NCBI GenBank assembly: GCA_965204745.1
Contig: OZ242010.1
Span: 5,120,001 to 5,184,000, forward strand
Length of the DNA stretch: 64,000 nucleotides
DNA from: Candidatus Latescibacterota bacterium
GTDB taxonomy: Bacteria; Latescibacterota; UBA2968
Direction of reading: 5' to 3'
Both the position numbers and the translations under genes were made by a program. Positions within the stretch are counted from its first letter, which is position 1. Each line of letters opens with the position of its first letter. Shown here piece by piece: positions 1 through 9,880 of this stretch. The notes beneath the pieces are model-generated. The model made no database searches. It worked only from the letters and a program-made list of their open reading frames with translations, and was not told where the DNA came from.

Positions 1-2433
1 GCAGATGGGTTGATCCACAACCGGGTGTACGACATCGAACCCGATCCCGATGGCGGCGTGTGGATTGCGACCTTGCGCGGGTTGAGCCATTACAAAAATG
101 GCAAGTGGACTTCGCACCTCGTCGATGGGGTGCCGGTTGCGGGCGTGCGAAATGCCAATGTGCATGAAGGCCGCAAGACCTACGACCTGTTCTACGACAA
201 AGACGGCGCGCTTTGGGCCGTGCATGGGGCGGTCATCGGGCGCACCATCACGCGGGCCATGGGGGGGATTTCCCGTTTCGACGGCCGGACCTACACGCAC
301 GACGGCGCCCCGGTTTGGACGCACCACAACGCACATCGGGGATTGCCCATCTTTGCGTTTCGAGACGTGAATCAAACGGCCAACGGGGATTTGTGGTTCG
401 GCACGCATCGAGACGATCACACCCGAGTCGAAGCCCGCGGCTTGGTGCGGTACAGGGACGGCAAGTGGTTGCGCTTCACGCGCAGGCACGGCTTGCACGG
501 GGATTTTGTCTGCGTCTGCGGCATGGTCGAAAAAGGGGATGGATCATTTTACGCGCGTTTTTCCGGCTCTGACGAGGTCTTGTACCGCCCCCCCACGGAC
601 AGCTTGGCCTCTATTTCTGGGCAGGTGATCGGGCAAATCGCGCCGAGCCTGGGAATATGGGTCGCGTACGACGATGGCGAGGTACACGCCGGAACCACGA
701 CAGATGAAGCGGGGAACTACCGCGTCGACGTCACGCCGGGGTCGTACCGCGTGCGAATCGCCTCCATAAATGCCGCTGACCCCGTGCCCGTTGAGGCCAA
801 ACCCGGCGCGCGCATCAACGGCATCGACCTTCGGTTGCAAAAATCGCGTCGCATCTCTGGGCGCGTCCTCGATTCATTCAAAAATCCGATTCCCAATGCG
901 GTGGTGGTGATTTCCGACAACGCAAACGACAAACGCCTCTCGCCCCAAATCGCGGTTACAGATGCCCAGGGGAGATATGGGGGTTGGCGGGGCGAGGGAT
1001 CGCCGGTCTCTTTCACGTATGCTGCAAAAGGGTATGCACAGGCGGGCCGCGAGATAGAAACAGACAGCGTCGAAATGCCGAATGCCACGCGATACACGTT
1101 GCCCCTAAAAAAGGGAAAGACCCTGCGCGGGCGCGTTGTCGATGGAGAAGGCGAGCCGATTCCGTGGGTGCGCGTTGGCCTGGGGCCCGAAGTCGATTCC
1201 GAGGAGAAAGTCATGCCCTTTCAGCGCAACGCGTACACGGACGAGGCGGGTTTGTTCGCGTTGGATGACGTGGATGAAACGGGCGGCCTCCTTTGGATGA
1301 ACCATCCGACTATCGGCGTCGTCAGTCAAAACGCCGTGCCTGCGGATAGCGTGGTTGACCTCCGCGTGATGCGCGTGCGGTATTATTCGGTTTCGGGCGT
1401 GGTGTCGCTACACGGGGGGGCCGCGAAAAACTTTGCCGTTATGGCCTTGCCGCGCAAACGCTCAAGTGAGCCGCTGTCCGTGCGTCCCCAAACGACAGAT
1501 GCGGATGGCGCGTATCGCTTGGACGATCTGAAACCGGGAGACTATCGGATTTCCCTAAGCACGTCTATGAAAATGGAAGTGGATGGACGCAAGCACGAGA
1601 TCTATCACCAAATTCGCTATCGGCATGTGGCGATTGAAGACCGCGACCTAACGCTGAACTTTGAACCCTTGGGCGATGCGCGGCTCACCGGCGTTGCAAC
1701 GCACGACGGACAGCCGGTTCCGGGCGTGCTCGTCCTCGCCAGCGTATTGGATTCCCTCGATGCCGATGCCCCCCAAAATGCTTTGGCGAATGGCACGATG
1801 ACGGACAAAGAGGGCTTTTTTGACTTGCGCGACCTGCCCAATGCGCGCATCCGCATTTCCTTTTCCAAACGCCCACTGCACAGCGCCGGTTCTTCTGGCA
1901 AAAAACGCTATGCCAAGTCCGATACGCTCGACCTAACGGATCAGCGGGCATTGAGTTATTTCGCGGATTTGGCGGCGGAGGAACGCGCATCTTTGCGCGT
2001 GGGGGATATGGCGCCCGATATCGAGGCCAAACGCCTTGACGGCTCGACATTTCGCCTCGCGGATTACCGGGGCAAAAAAGCCGTCCTAATCGACTTTTGG
2101 GCGACGTGGTGCGGCCCGTGCATTGACGAACTCCCCACTATCGAGAAAATCGCCGAGACGTACCGCGATCAGGGGTTGGAAGTCGTAGGCGTCAGTTTTG
2201 ACCGGGATCGGCAGACATTGCAAAATTTCGTGGCAAAGGAACAGTTGCCCTACATCCAAGTGTTCGACAAAGACGAGGAGCAAACCCTCAGAAAATCTTA
2301 TGGCGTGTGGGGGATTCCGTCTGTATTTTTGATCGACAAAGAGGGGGCCATCCACGCGCTCGGCCTCCGCGGCTCTCGCATCGAAACAGCGGTCCAAGCA
2401 TTGCTGAAAGCAACTGAAAGGCAAAAAAGGTGA
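1..2433 (+). CDS. Large modular protein, 5'-partial: beta-propeller (two-component regulator propeller-like) repeats, carboxypeptidase-regulatory-like beta-sandwich repeats and a C-terminal TlpA/AhpC-TSA thioredoxin domain
   Basis: D-x-DG-x-W-x-x-T propeller repeats; I/LSGRV...TD..G.Y repeats; C-terminal 'APDIEAKRLDG...LIDFWATWCGPC' CxxC motif; frame open from the window edge. Confidence 0.75.
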   Translation, partial: ADGLIHNRVYDIEPDPDGGVWIATLRGLSHYKNGKWTSHLVDGVPVAGVRNANVHEGRKTYDLFYDKDGALWAVHGAVIGRTITRAMGGISRFDGRTYTHDGAPVWTHHNAHRGLPIFAFRDVNQTANGDLWFGTHRDDHTRVEARGLVRYRDGKWLRFTRRHGLHGDFVCVCGMVEKGDGSFYARFSGSDEVLYRPPTDSLASISGQVIGQIAPSLGIWVAYDDGEVHAGTTTDEAGNYRVDVTPGSYRVRIASINAADPVPVEAKPGARINGIDLRLQKSRRISGRVLDSFKNPIPNAVVVISDNANDKRLSPQIAVTDAQGRYGGWRGEGSPVSFTYAAKGYAQAGREIETDSVEMPNATRYTLPLKKGKTLRGRVVDGEGEPIPWVRVGLGPEVDSEEKVMPFQRNAYTDEAGLFALDDVDETGGLLWMNHPTIGVVSQNAVPADSVVDLRVMRVRYYSVSGVVSLHGGAAKNFAVMALPRKRSSEPLSVRPQTTDADGAYRLDDLKPGDYRISLSTSMKMEVDGRKHEIYHQIRYRHVAIEDRDLTLNFEPLGDARLTGVATHDGQPVPGVLVLASVLDSLDADAPQNALANGTMTDKEGFFDLRDLPNARIRISFSKRPLHSAGSSGKKRYAKSDTLDLTDQRALSYFADLAAEERASLRVGDMAPDIEAKRLDGSTFRLADYRGKKAVLIDFWATWCGPCIDELPTIEKIAETYRDQGLEVVGVSFDRDRQTLQNFVAKEQLPYIQVFDKDEEQTLRKSYGVWGIPSVFLIDKEGAIHALGLRGSRIETAVQALLKATERQKR

Positions 2434-2459
2434 GACGTGAGAAGGGAGAGGGGAGAGGG
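2428..2459 (+). repeat. Purine-rich heptamer repeat module (RAGASGN)n containing the upstream stop codon
   Basis: AGGTGAGACGTGAGAAGGGAGAGGGGAGAGGG; same family at 25035, 30701, 32004, 34714, 47505, 50845, 54830, 56605. Confidence 0.8.
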
Positions 2460-2479
2460 CAACCGTGTTATCCCGTTCA

Positions 2480-2532
2480 AGTGGTCAGTGGTCAGTGGTC
2501 AGTGGTCAGTGGTCAGTGGTCAGTGGTCAGTC
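2480..2532 (+). repeat. Tandem heptamer (AGTGGTC)x7
   Basis: Perfect 7-bp tandem read directly; same family (CAGTNGT) at 4768-4858, 32051-32082, 47335, 54783, 56556. Confidence 0.95.
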
Positions 2533-2603
2533 CCCACCCTTCCACCCCAAGGCAATGTATGTGCTGATCGCTCGTTTTGCTGATCGCTAAAATACGAGAC
2601 GGG

Positions 2604-2692
2604 AGATGGAAGTTTAGTCACGAGCGGGGTATAGCTGGCGACAGCGCGTTCAAAGGTGAGCAGTGTGTAGGGGCGACGCCCCGTGCTCACCC
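2604..2692 (+). repeat. Dispersed palindromic repeat (degenerate copy) followed by GTAG-type REP-like hairpin
   Basis: GAGATGGAAGTTTAGTCACGAGCGGGGTATAGCTGGCGACAGCGCGTTCAAAGG matches 27474, 30590, 34833, 48620(rc), 53247(rc); followed by GTAGGGGCGACGCCCCGTGCTC. Confidence 0.8.
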
Positions 2693-2705
2693 AAAGAGGC
2701 GAGAT

Positions 2706-2987
2706 ATGCACTGGTCTGAGATATGCAGAAATCATCCGAATAAATGGCTGATTGTCGAGGCATTGGAAGCGCATACAACTCCTGATCATCGGCGTCAACT
2801 CGATCTGATAACGGTTGTTGAGGAATGCGCTGATGGCAAAGCGGCTATGAAACGCTATCGGCTTCTTCACCAGCGATATCCCGAACGGGAATTTTATTTT
2901 TTTCATACGAGTCGTGATTCACTTGATATTCAAGTGCGACACTGGTTGGGGGTTCGCGCTCTACATGAAACTGATACGAAAGTATGA
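2706..2987 (+). CDS. Small hypothetical protein (93 aa)
   Basis: ATG at 2706 after a GAGG-containing SD-like sequence; MHWSEICRNHPNKWLIVEALEAH...; the longer ORF start lies in repeat DNA. Confidence 0.6.
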   Translation: MHWSEICRNHPNKWLIVEALEAHTTPDHRRQLDLITVVEECADGKAAMKRYRLLHQRYPEREFYFFHTSRDSLDIQVRHWLGVRALHETDTKV

Positions 2988-3046
2988 TCTGCCATTTACA
3001 GATTGAGGTTCCGCTATCTGTCTAATTCCCGAGCGTTGTCAACACA

Positions 3047-3235
3047 ATGGACAGTCGAACGGTTTTGAGCATATTGCGTGCAGATGGCTGGGAAATTGTG
3101 CGTATTCGCGGATCGCATCACCAGCTAAAACACGGTGAAAAAGCCGGCACTGTCACAGTGCCGCATCCGAGACGCGATCTCACAACTGGCACATTGAGAA
3201 GGATAGAAAAGCAATCGGGAATACGATTGCGCTGA
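3047..3235 (+). CDS. hicA: HicA family mRNA interferase toxin
   Basis: 62 aa, 'L.ADGW...RIRGSHHQLKH....TVTVPHPRRDL..GTL..I.KQ' HicA signature with catalytic His. Confidence 0.92.
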   Translation: MDSRTVLSILRADGWEIVRIRGSHHQLKHGEKAGTVTVPHPRRDLTTGTLRRIEKQSGIRLR

Positions 3236-3242
3236 GGAGATT

Positions 3243-3536
3243 ATGATGTGGCGAACGTATCTAGGTTTGGTGGAGAAAGAACCCGCTAGCGATTACTGTG
3301 TCCATTTCCCCGATTTGCCCGGTTGCATCACGGCTGGGCGCACGCTCGAAGAGGCCAGGGAAATGGCCGCCGAGGCCCTTGCCCTCCACCTCGAGGGCCT
3401 CGCCGAAGATGGCGATGCGATCCCCTCGCCCAGTTCTGCTGACGCCATCCTCGCCCATCCCGACGCCGGCGATGCGATGGCACTGATCGTTGTCGAACCC
3501 CTGCCAGCGCGCATTGAGGTTCCGCTATTCGTATAG
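3243..3536 (+). CDS. hicB: HicB family antitoxin (short, no obvious C-terminal RHH domain)
   Basis: 'Y.VHFPDLPGCITAGRTLEEA.EMA.EAL.LHLE......IPSPS'; directly downstream of hicA with GAGGAG SD. Confidence 0.92.
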   Translation: MMWRTYLGLVEKEPASDYCVHFPDLPGCITAGRTLEEAREMAAEALALHLEGLAEDGDAIPSPSSADAILAHPDAGDAMALIVVEPLPARIEVPLFV

Positions 3537-3607
3537 GCTCCCGATAGCCTCCGCACGGTTGTCGGGCGGTGTTGGTGTCCATCTTGTCGATTGATAATCC
3601 CTTAGCC

Positions 3608-4816
3608 ATGAATTACGCCATTGTTCTCGCCGCTGGATCCGGGACGCGGATGGGGACAGACATCCCAAAGCAATTTCTCGACCTTGCCGGGCGACCCGTA
3701 TTGGCGTGGACCCTGACCGCATTTGAACGCGCTGACCGCATTGATCGCGTCATACTCGTCGTGGGCCGCGAGCGTGTCGATGCCTGTCGAGAACAATTTG
3801 GCGGGCCGCGATTTCCCAAAGTCGTCGCTGTGGTGCCCGGCGGTGCAAAACGGCAGGATTCCGTGGCGTGCGGGTTGCGGGCCATTCCGGCAACCGCGGG
3901 TGTGGTTGCTGTTCACGATGGCGCACGGGCTTATGTGCGGCCCGAGGATATCAACGCCGCAGTCGTCGCAGCGGCTGACCGCGGCGCCGCGGTCTTGGGC
4001 ACGGCCGTCACGGACACGATCAAGCGCGTGCGCGGGGATCGAGTCGCAGAAACTTTGGATAGATCGACCTTACGCACGGTGCAGACGCCCCAAGCCTTTC
4101 GCCGCGCGATAATCTGCCGCGCCCATCGATCAGCGCGTGAATCGGGCTATGTGGGCACAGACGATGCGGCCTTAGTTGAGCGACTGGGCGAGGAGGTCGT
4201 CATCGTACCCGGACGACGAGACAACATCAAAATCACATCGCCCGGAGACCTCGACTTGGGAGTGCATATCTTGGAACAACGAGGCGACATAACACCCGCA
4301 TTGCGAATCGGCCAGGGCTATGACGCGCATCAACTCGGGGCCGGCCGGCCCCTGATCTTGGGCGGCGTGCATATCCCGCACGAGAAAGGGTTGCTCGGGC
4401 ACTCGGACGCCGATGTGCTCATCCACGTCGTCATAGACGCTGTGCTCGGCGCGCTGGGCGCAGGCGATATCGGACAGGTCTTTCCCGACACAGACCCCGC
4501 GTACAAAGACATTTCGAGTCTCATCCTGCTCGCACGGGTGGGCGACCTCCTCAAAAAATCGCAGGCGCGGCTGATCAACGTAGATGCCACCGTCATCGCG
4601 CAACGCCCAAAACTGGCCCCGCACATTTCACGCATGCGCGAAACCATGGCGCGGGCATTGGACATCTCGATCCAGCGCATCTCAGTCAAAGCGACCACCA
4701 CCGAACACATGGGCTTCATCGGCCGCGAAGAAGGTATGGCAGCGCAGGCAGTGGCTCTGGTGAAAATCAGTAGTCAGTGGTCAGTAGTCAGTAGTCAGTC
4801 CCCGCACCGCCCCTGA
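3608..4816 (+). CDS. ispDF: Bifunctional IspD/IspF (MEP cytidylyltransferase / MEcDP synthase)
   Basis: 'LAAGSGTRMG...PKQF', 'VHDGAR', 'QTPQAF', 'TDD'; then 'RIGQGYDAH', 'GHSDADV', 'KATTTE'; C-terminal tail is repeat-encoded. Confidence 0.95.
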   Translation: MNYAIVLAAGSGTRMGTDIPKQFLDLAGRPVLAWTLTAFERADRIDRVILVVGRERVDACREQFGGPRFPKVVAVVPGGAKRQDSVACGLRAIPATAGVVAVHDGARAYVRPEDINAAVVAAADRGAAVLGTAVTDTIKRVRGDRVAETLDRSTLRTVQTPQAFRRAIICRAHRSARESGYVGTDDAALVERLGEEVVIVPGRRDNIKITSPGDLDLGVHILEQRGDITPALRIGQGYDAHQLGAGRPLILGGVHIPHEKGLLGHSDADVLIHVVIDAVLGALGAGDIGQVFPDTDPAYKDISSLILLARVGDLLKKSQARLINVDATVIAQRPKLAPHISRMRETMARALDISIQRISVKATTTEHMGFIGREEGMAAQAVALVKISSQWSVVSSQSPHRP

Positions 4817-4866
4817 AACCAGTAGTCAGTAGTCAGTGGTCAGTGGGCAGTAGTCAGTCCCCGCAA
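4768..4866 (+). repeat. Two copies of a (CAGTRGT)4-CAGTCCCCGCA unit
   Basis: 4768-4806 and 4820-4865, read directly; the first copy is translated as the IspF tail SSQWSVVSSQSP. Confidence 0.9.
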
Positions 4867-4884
4867 CCGTTAAGGAGGTGTCCC

Positions 4885-6642
4885 TTGGAAAACGGACAAA
4901 AAACGATCAGTGATTTGTTTGATGGCAGAACGATTTTTCATATCCCGCAGTATCAGCGGGCTTACGCTTGGGAAGAACCGCAACTCGAAGACTTTGTCGA
5001 TGATTTAGAAAATCAGAAACTCGACAAGGACTACTTTTTTGGGACCATTCTTTTTCAGAATAGGGGAAGATCGGGTAGTTTTGAGAACATTGACATCGTG
5101 GATGGACAACAGCGCATCACAACGCTTATCATTTTCATGAAACTCCTTCTCGACCGTCTTGAAGATCATGAAGATGTTGTCATTCTAAAAGAGACATATA
5201 TTCAGTATCACGGCAAATACAAACTCCGCGTTTTGCAGGACGATAACGATTTCTTCCAGTCCTACATCTTGCAGGATAACCCAACCTCCAAAGATAGCGT
5301 GCGAACGCCTTCTCAAGAGCGGTTGCTCAACGCGAAGCATTACCTCGAGCAACGGCTCGAAGAATATCCGCCTGAAACGTTGCGGGAGTTCAACGAGAAA
5401 ATTGAGCGCACGAAGGTCTTGACCTATTCGGTTGAAGATGCCGCTGAGGCAACGCTGATTTTTGAGACGACCAATGACCGAGGCAAATCACTGACCAATT
5501 TGGAGAAAACCAAGAGTTTTCTGATGTACAAAACTTACCTCGCTTCCGGCGATGACAATCTCGAGTCCGATCTCAATACTCTCCAAAGTCGATTTGGCGC
5601 AATCTATCGTGAATTTGAGACAATTAAAGATCGGGTAGGAGAAAATGAAAATCCGATTTTGCAGTACCACTTTATCGCTTTTGAAGATTGGGAGAAATCA
5701 CGGGGCAATCGTCAGTATTCACGGTACGTTCAGATGATAAAAAATAAAGTGAACAACCTCGTCATTGACAATGAGTTAGAGGCAAGGAAATTTATCGACA
5801 GGTACAGCCGAGAATTGCGGGAAAGTTTTGAGCAGATGAGGGAGTTGCTCCTGAATAGAGAACCACATCTCCTCGATATTTTTGCCCTCAATCGCCCAGG
5901 GGTGTTTTATCCCTTGCTTCTCAAAACCCATAAACTCGACGATTCGGATGGAAAACAGAATTTCAAACGGGTTGCGCGATTGGTCGAAATTATTTGTTTC
6001 CGCGTCTTCGGTATTCGGAGACGCCGTTCAAATACAGGACGTGAGGATATGTATAGACGTGCTCGGGACTTTAACGGAAATTTCGAGGGACTCATCAATG
6101 GTCTCAGGTGGTTTGTTGATTACCACTGCAATGATGACGAGTTTCGGGGCTATTTATTGTCACCCTACTTTTACAGAGAAGTAGGTCGCGATGATCAGCG
6201 ATATTTCTTTTGGAAATACGAGAATCATCTCAGGACGAACGAGCAACCAAAATTTTCTCCCATGTCCAATGATGAGTTTGTCAGCCGCGATCCGAGGACG
6301 AGATTTTCCATTGAGCATATCATCCCGCAGAACCCTCGAGAAAGCAAGGTTGTTGAGGCTGAATCAATCCGGCCAGAGATGACCGAACAGTTTCAAAAGG
6401 AGTCGCTCCACGCCATCGGGAATTTGACAATCGACCCTCAGTCTGCGAACAGCAGCAAAGGGAACCACCCCTTTGAGTACAAAGACCAAAATTATTTCCG
6501 CAAAGCTCCGCTCAAGACGCAAAACGAGTTGAGTGATTTTCTCAACCCGGAAACAAAGCGATGGGATAACGAGTCAATCTGTCGGAGAGGAGATGAGATT
6601 GTTCGATTCGCGCTGGACTATTGGGATCCTCACAAGGTGTAG
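4885..6642 (+). CDS. GmrSD-like type IV restriction protein (DUF262 + DUF1524/HNH)
   Basis: 'IPQYQRAYAW', 'VDGQQRITT', 'FETTNDRG'; C-terminal 'IEHIIP...IGNL...NSSKGN'; TTG start at 4885 after AAGGAGG. Confidence 0.88.
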   Translation: MENGQKTISDLFDGRTIFHIPQYQRAYAWEEPQLEDFVDDLENQKLDKDYFFGTILFQNRGRSGSFENIDIVDGQQRITTLIIFMKLLLDRLEDHEDVVILKETYIQYHGKYKLRVLQDDNDFFQSYILQDNPTSKDSVRTPSQERLLNAKHYLEQRLEEYPPETLREFNEKIERTKVLTYSVEDAAEATLIFETTNDRGKSLTNLEKTKSFLMYKTYLASGDDNLESDLNTLQSRFGAIYREFETIKDRVGENENPILQYHFIAFEDWEKSRGNRQYSRYVQMIKNKVNNLVIDNELEARKFIDRYSRELRESFEQMRELLLNREPHLLDIFALNRPGVFYPLLLKTHKLDDSDGKQNFKRVARLVEIICFRVFGIRRRRSNTGREDMYRRARDFNGNFEGLINGLRWFVDYHCNDDEFRGYLLSPYFYREVGRDDQRYFFWKYENHLRTNEQPKFSPMSNDEFVSRDPRTRFSIEHIIPQNPRESKVVEAESIRPEMTEQFQKESLHAIGNLTIDPQSANSSKGNHPFEYKDQNYFRKAPLKTQNELSDFLNPETKRWDNESICRRGDEIVRFALDYWDPHKV

Positions 6643-6726
6643 AACAGAACATTAGGACGCCGAACGCCATAAAACATGCACTGATACCAAATTGAATTGC
6701 TGTAGTGAGATTTAGGAGGTGTCACA

Positions 6727-7800
6727 ATGGCCCTAGAATTGGATGAGACGATTGTTGAGGATGTAGAAGACGATTCGGCTGAAGAAATCATACCCGAATA
6801 TTCGATAACGAGTTACGGGGCCGATTTCACAGTTGATAGTCTCGTTAGCCGACTTCAGCGGGATGATATTCTTATTCCGTCTTTCCAACGCGAGTTCGTG
6901 TGGGACGCGAAAATGGCGTCGAAATTTGTGGAGTCTTTGTTGCTCGGCCTGCCGGTGCCGGGTATATTCCTGTCAGAAGAAGAAGACACGAAAAGGTTAA
7001 TGGTTGTCGATGGGCAACAGCGATTGCAGAGTCTTCGTTATTTTTATGAAGAAAAATTTGTCGACGAAAGAAAGTTTGTTCTGACCGGCTTGGATTCCCG
7101 ATTCTCCAAGCAGACTTATGCTTCACTCGAATCCGCAGATCGCCGCACACTCGACAATTCCATCTTGCATGCGACCATCTTCCGCCAAGATAAGCCTTCG
7201 GATGACAATAGCAGCGTTTATCAGATCTTTGAGCGACTAAATACGGGCGGCAGGCAATTGTCTCCACAGGAAATTCGCGCGGCAATGTACTACGGCCCAT
7301 TTAATGATTTGTTGCAAAAGCTCAATGAGAATAGCACATGGCGCGAACTCTTCGGCAATGTTGACAAAAGAATGAAAGACCGTGAACTCATTCTCAGATT
7401 CTTGGCGATGTACTTCAATCGAAAAAATTACAAAAGTCCCTTGAAGCGATTCTTGAACGAGTACATGGGCCATAACAGGCATTTGAAAACACAGTCAGAA
7501 GGAGAAATTAGACGGGTTTTTGAAAACGCGATGGAAACCGCTTATACCCATTTAGGATCTCATGCCTTCAAATCGGATAACAACAGATTTACTGCGGCGG
7601 TTTTCGATTCTGTCGCCGTGGGCATCGCGCACAGATTGGAACGAGGCGATATTCAAAATGGTAAAGTGCTAAAGGCACAATACGAATCCCTAAAGAAAAA
7701 CGAGAATTACCGCGAAGTAATTTCCGGTGGCACGGCACATACAAAGATAGTCAATACGAGGCTCGGCTTAGCAATTGACGCATTTTCCAATGTCCCATGA
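6727..7800 (+). CDS. DUF262 (ParB/GmrS-like) domain protein
   Basis: 'PSFQREFVW', 'SLLLGLPVP', 'VVDGQQRL', 'IFERLNTGG.QLS.QEIR'. Confidence 0.88.
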   Translation: MALELDETIVEDVEDDSAEEIIPEYSITSYGADFTVDSLVSRLQRDDILIPSFQREFVWDAKMASKFVESLLLGLPVPGIFLSEEEDTKRLMVVDGQQRLQSLRYFYEEKFVDERKFVLTGLDSRFSKQTYASLESADRRTLDNSILHATIFRQDKPSDDNSSVYQIFERLNTGGRQLSPQEIRAAMYYGPFNDLLQKLNENSTWRELFGNVDKRMKDRELILRFLAMYFNRKNYKSPLKRFLNEYMGHNRHLKTQSEGEIRRVFENAMETAYTHLGSHAFKSDNNRFTAAVFDSVAVGIAHRLERGDIQNGKVLKAQYESLKKNENYREVISGGTAHTKIVNTRLGLAIDAFSNVP

Positions 7801-8267
7801 AAAATCGAACCGCTGTTCAAGCCAAAGCACGCCTTGATGACTTATTTGATCGGGTCAATGAATTTTCTGGAGACCTCGAACTCCAATCTCACTGGGCGAG
7901 ATATTTATGCGTCAGGGTCTCTGGATTTATTGAAATTTCGGTTCGCGCAATTCTCGTCGAATACGCCAAGAAGCAGGCTGCGCCACCCGTAGCCAACTAC
8001 GTTGAACGCCAGTTGAATCAGTTTCAAAATCCCAACATGAAGAAAATATTACAAGTGTTGGGTTCCTTTCGTTCCACTTGGGCAGACGAACTGAAAACCG
8101 CAACCGAAGGCGAATCAAAGGATGCAATTGACAGCATCATAGCGAACAGAAATCAGATTGCACATGGCGAAAACGCGAATATCACTTATGTCTCGATTCG
8201 CCGATATTATCAAAATGCCCTAACCGTAATTGACCTAATCGAAAAGCAATGCGACTCGGCCGACTGA
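7797..8267 (+). CDS. HEPN-domain RNase (MAE_28990/RiboL-PSP-HEPN-like)
   Basis: RxxxxH motif 'RNQIAHG', upstream 'SGFIE'; ATGA overlap with the DUF262 gene. Confidence 0.82.
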   Translation: MKNRTAVQAKARLDDLFDRVNEFSGDLELQSHWARYLCVRVSGFIEISVRAILVEYAKKQAAPPVANYVERQLNQFQNPNMKKILQVLGSFRSTWADELKTATEGESKDAIDSIIANRNQIAHGENANITYVSIRRYYQNALTVIDLIEKQCDSAD

Positions 8268-8315
8268 CGCCAGCATTGCCACTCCCATCACTTTGCACCT
8301 CAACGAGGAACGTTT

Positions 8316-9068
8316 ATGAGCGATCTCAAGACCATAAAAATCACGGTGTTGCGCTATCGTCCGGAGGAAGAGGACGCGCCGACCGAGCAGACGTACGAGG
8401 TTGAATTTCGGGACGACTGGGTCGTTCTCGACGCGCTCAACCACATCAAAGACCACATCGACGGCACGCTTTCGTTTCGATGGTCTTGCCGAATGGGCGT
8501 GTGCGGGAGTTGCGGCATGATGGTCAATGGCGAACCCAAGCTCACTTGCGCGGCGATGTTGCGCGACTATTATCCCGACGAAATCCGCGTGGAGCCCCTG
8601 GTCAACTTCCCCATCGTCCGCGATCTCGTCATCGACATGACCGACTTTATGGACAAACTCAAAGCGGTCAAGCCGTGGCTCATTCGAGAAGAGGAAAAGC
8701 CCGTGTCTGAGGGCGAATACCGCCAAACGCCGGATCAACTCAAGGATTACAAGCAATTTAGCCAGTGCATCAACTGCATGCTCTGCTATGCGGCATGCCC
8801 GGTGTACGGCCTCGAACACGACTTCATCGGCCCGGCGGCCATCGCGCTCGGCCATCGCTACAATCTCGATTCTCGAGATGAAGGCGCGCAACAGCGGCAC
8901 CACGTCATTGCCAGCAAGGAAGGCATCTGGGAATGTACGTACATCGGCGAATGCTCTGTGGTGTGTCCCAAACACGTCGATCCCGCAGAAGCCATTCAAC
9001 AAACCAAAGTGGCAACCACCACCAACCGCTTCAAATCGCTTCTCATGCCCTGGGGAAACAAACCATGA
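8316..9068 (+). CDS. frdB: Fumarate reductase/succinate dehydrogenase iron-sulfur subunit
   Basis: '[11 protein letters not shown]', '[12 protein letters not shown]', '[13 protein letters not shown]'. Confidence 0.93.
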   Translation: MSDLKTIKITVLRYRPEEEDAPTEQTYEVEFRDDWVVLDALNHIKDHIDGTLSFRWSCRMGVCGSCGMMVNGEPKLTCAAMLRDYYPDEIRVEPLVNFPIVRDLVIDMTDFMDKLKAVKPWLIREEEKPVSEGEYRQTPDQLKDYKQFSQCINCMLCYAACPVYGLEHDFIGPAAIALGHRYNLDSRDEGAQQRHHVIASKEGIWECTYIGECSVVCPKHVDPAEAIQQTKVATTTNRFKSLLMPWGNKP

Positions 9069-9481
9069 CGCCCAACTCCGAAACCAAAACCCATACGCGC
9101 CCCATGTCCAAGACGTGGTGGTTGCACAACCGCAGGTACTTCATGTTCATGATCCGCGAACTCACGAGCGTGTTCGTCGCCCTGTACGTCGTGCTCTTTA
9201 CTATCGAAATCTACCGCCTGACCCAGGGGCCTGACGCACACGATGCGTTCCGCGAATCCCTCACCTCGGCACCGTGGATCGTCTTTCACGTCATCGCCTT
9301 GCTCTTTGCCCTGTACCACAGTTGGACTTGGCTGGGACTGACCGCCAAAATGCAGGCGGCCGGGCCTGGTATCTTGAAAATTGGCAAAAAGACCCTGCCG
9401 CCCATTTTCATCGCATTGGGGGCTTATGGCGGATGGCTCGTTGCGACGCTTGTCGTCGCCTACCTTTTTTTAACGCTTTAG
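9065..9481 (+). CDS. frdC: Fumarate reductase membrane anchor subunit C
   Basis: 'RPMSKTWW....[11 protein letters not shown]', 'LYHSWTW'; 3 TM helices; ATG 9065 overlaps the frdB stop. Confidence 0.85.
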   Translation: MTPNSETKTHTRPMSKTWWLHNRRYFMFMIRELTSVFVALYVVLFTIEIYRLTQGPDAHDAFRESLTSAPWIVFHVIALLFALYHSWTWLGLTAKMQAAGPGILKIGKKTLPPIFIALGAYGGWLVATLVVAYLFLTL

Positions 9482-9496
9482 ACCGAGGAGATAGCC

Positions 9497-9859
9497 GTGA
9501 ATTACAAAGAACACAAAAGCGAACCGTTTTGGTGGGGGATGTTCTCGCAAGGCGGGGTGATTGCCGCACTCTTGGTGCCCATCCACATCTTGCTGGGCGG
9601 CGTGTTGATCCCCCTCGGCTGGATAGACCCGGATCTGCTGTCCCATGACCGCCTGACAGCACTGCTCCAAAATCCGCTCGTCAAACTCTACCTCTGCGTC
9701 TTGCTCATCTTCCCCCTCTTCCACGCGGCCCACCGAATCCGATTCACTCTGGTCGAACTCGGCCTCCGCAACCTCGCAGGCGTCCTGCCCTTTCTCTGTT
9801 ATGGCGGCGCCTTGGCAGGCACGGCAATCGTTCTCTACATTCTTTGGGGTCTGTTTTAA
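9497..9859 (+). CDS. frdD: Fumarate reductase membrane anchor subunit D
   Basis: 'SEPFWWGMFSQGG..AA...P', 'FHAAHRIR'. Confidence 0.88.
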   Translation: MNYKEHKSEPFWWGMFSQGGVIAALLVPIHILLGGVLIPLGWIDPDLLSHDRLTALLQNPLVKLYLCVLLIFPLFHAAHRIRFTLVELGLRNLAGVLPFLCYGGALAGTAIVLYILWGLF

Positions 9860-9880
9860 GAATCCTCAGCCATCAACGAC

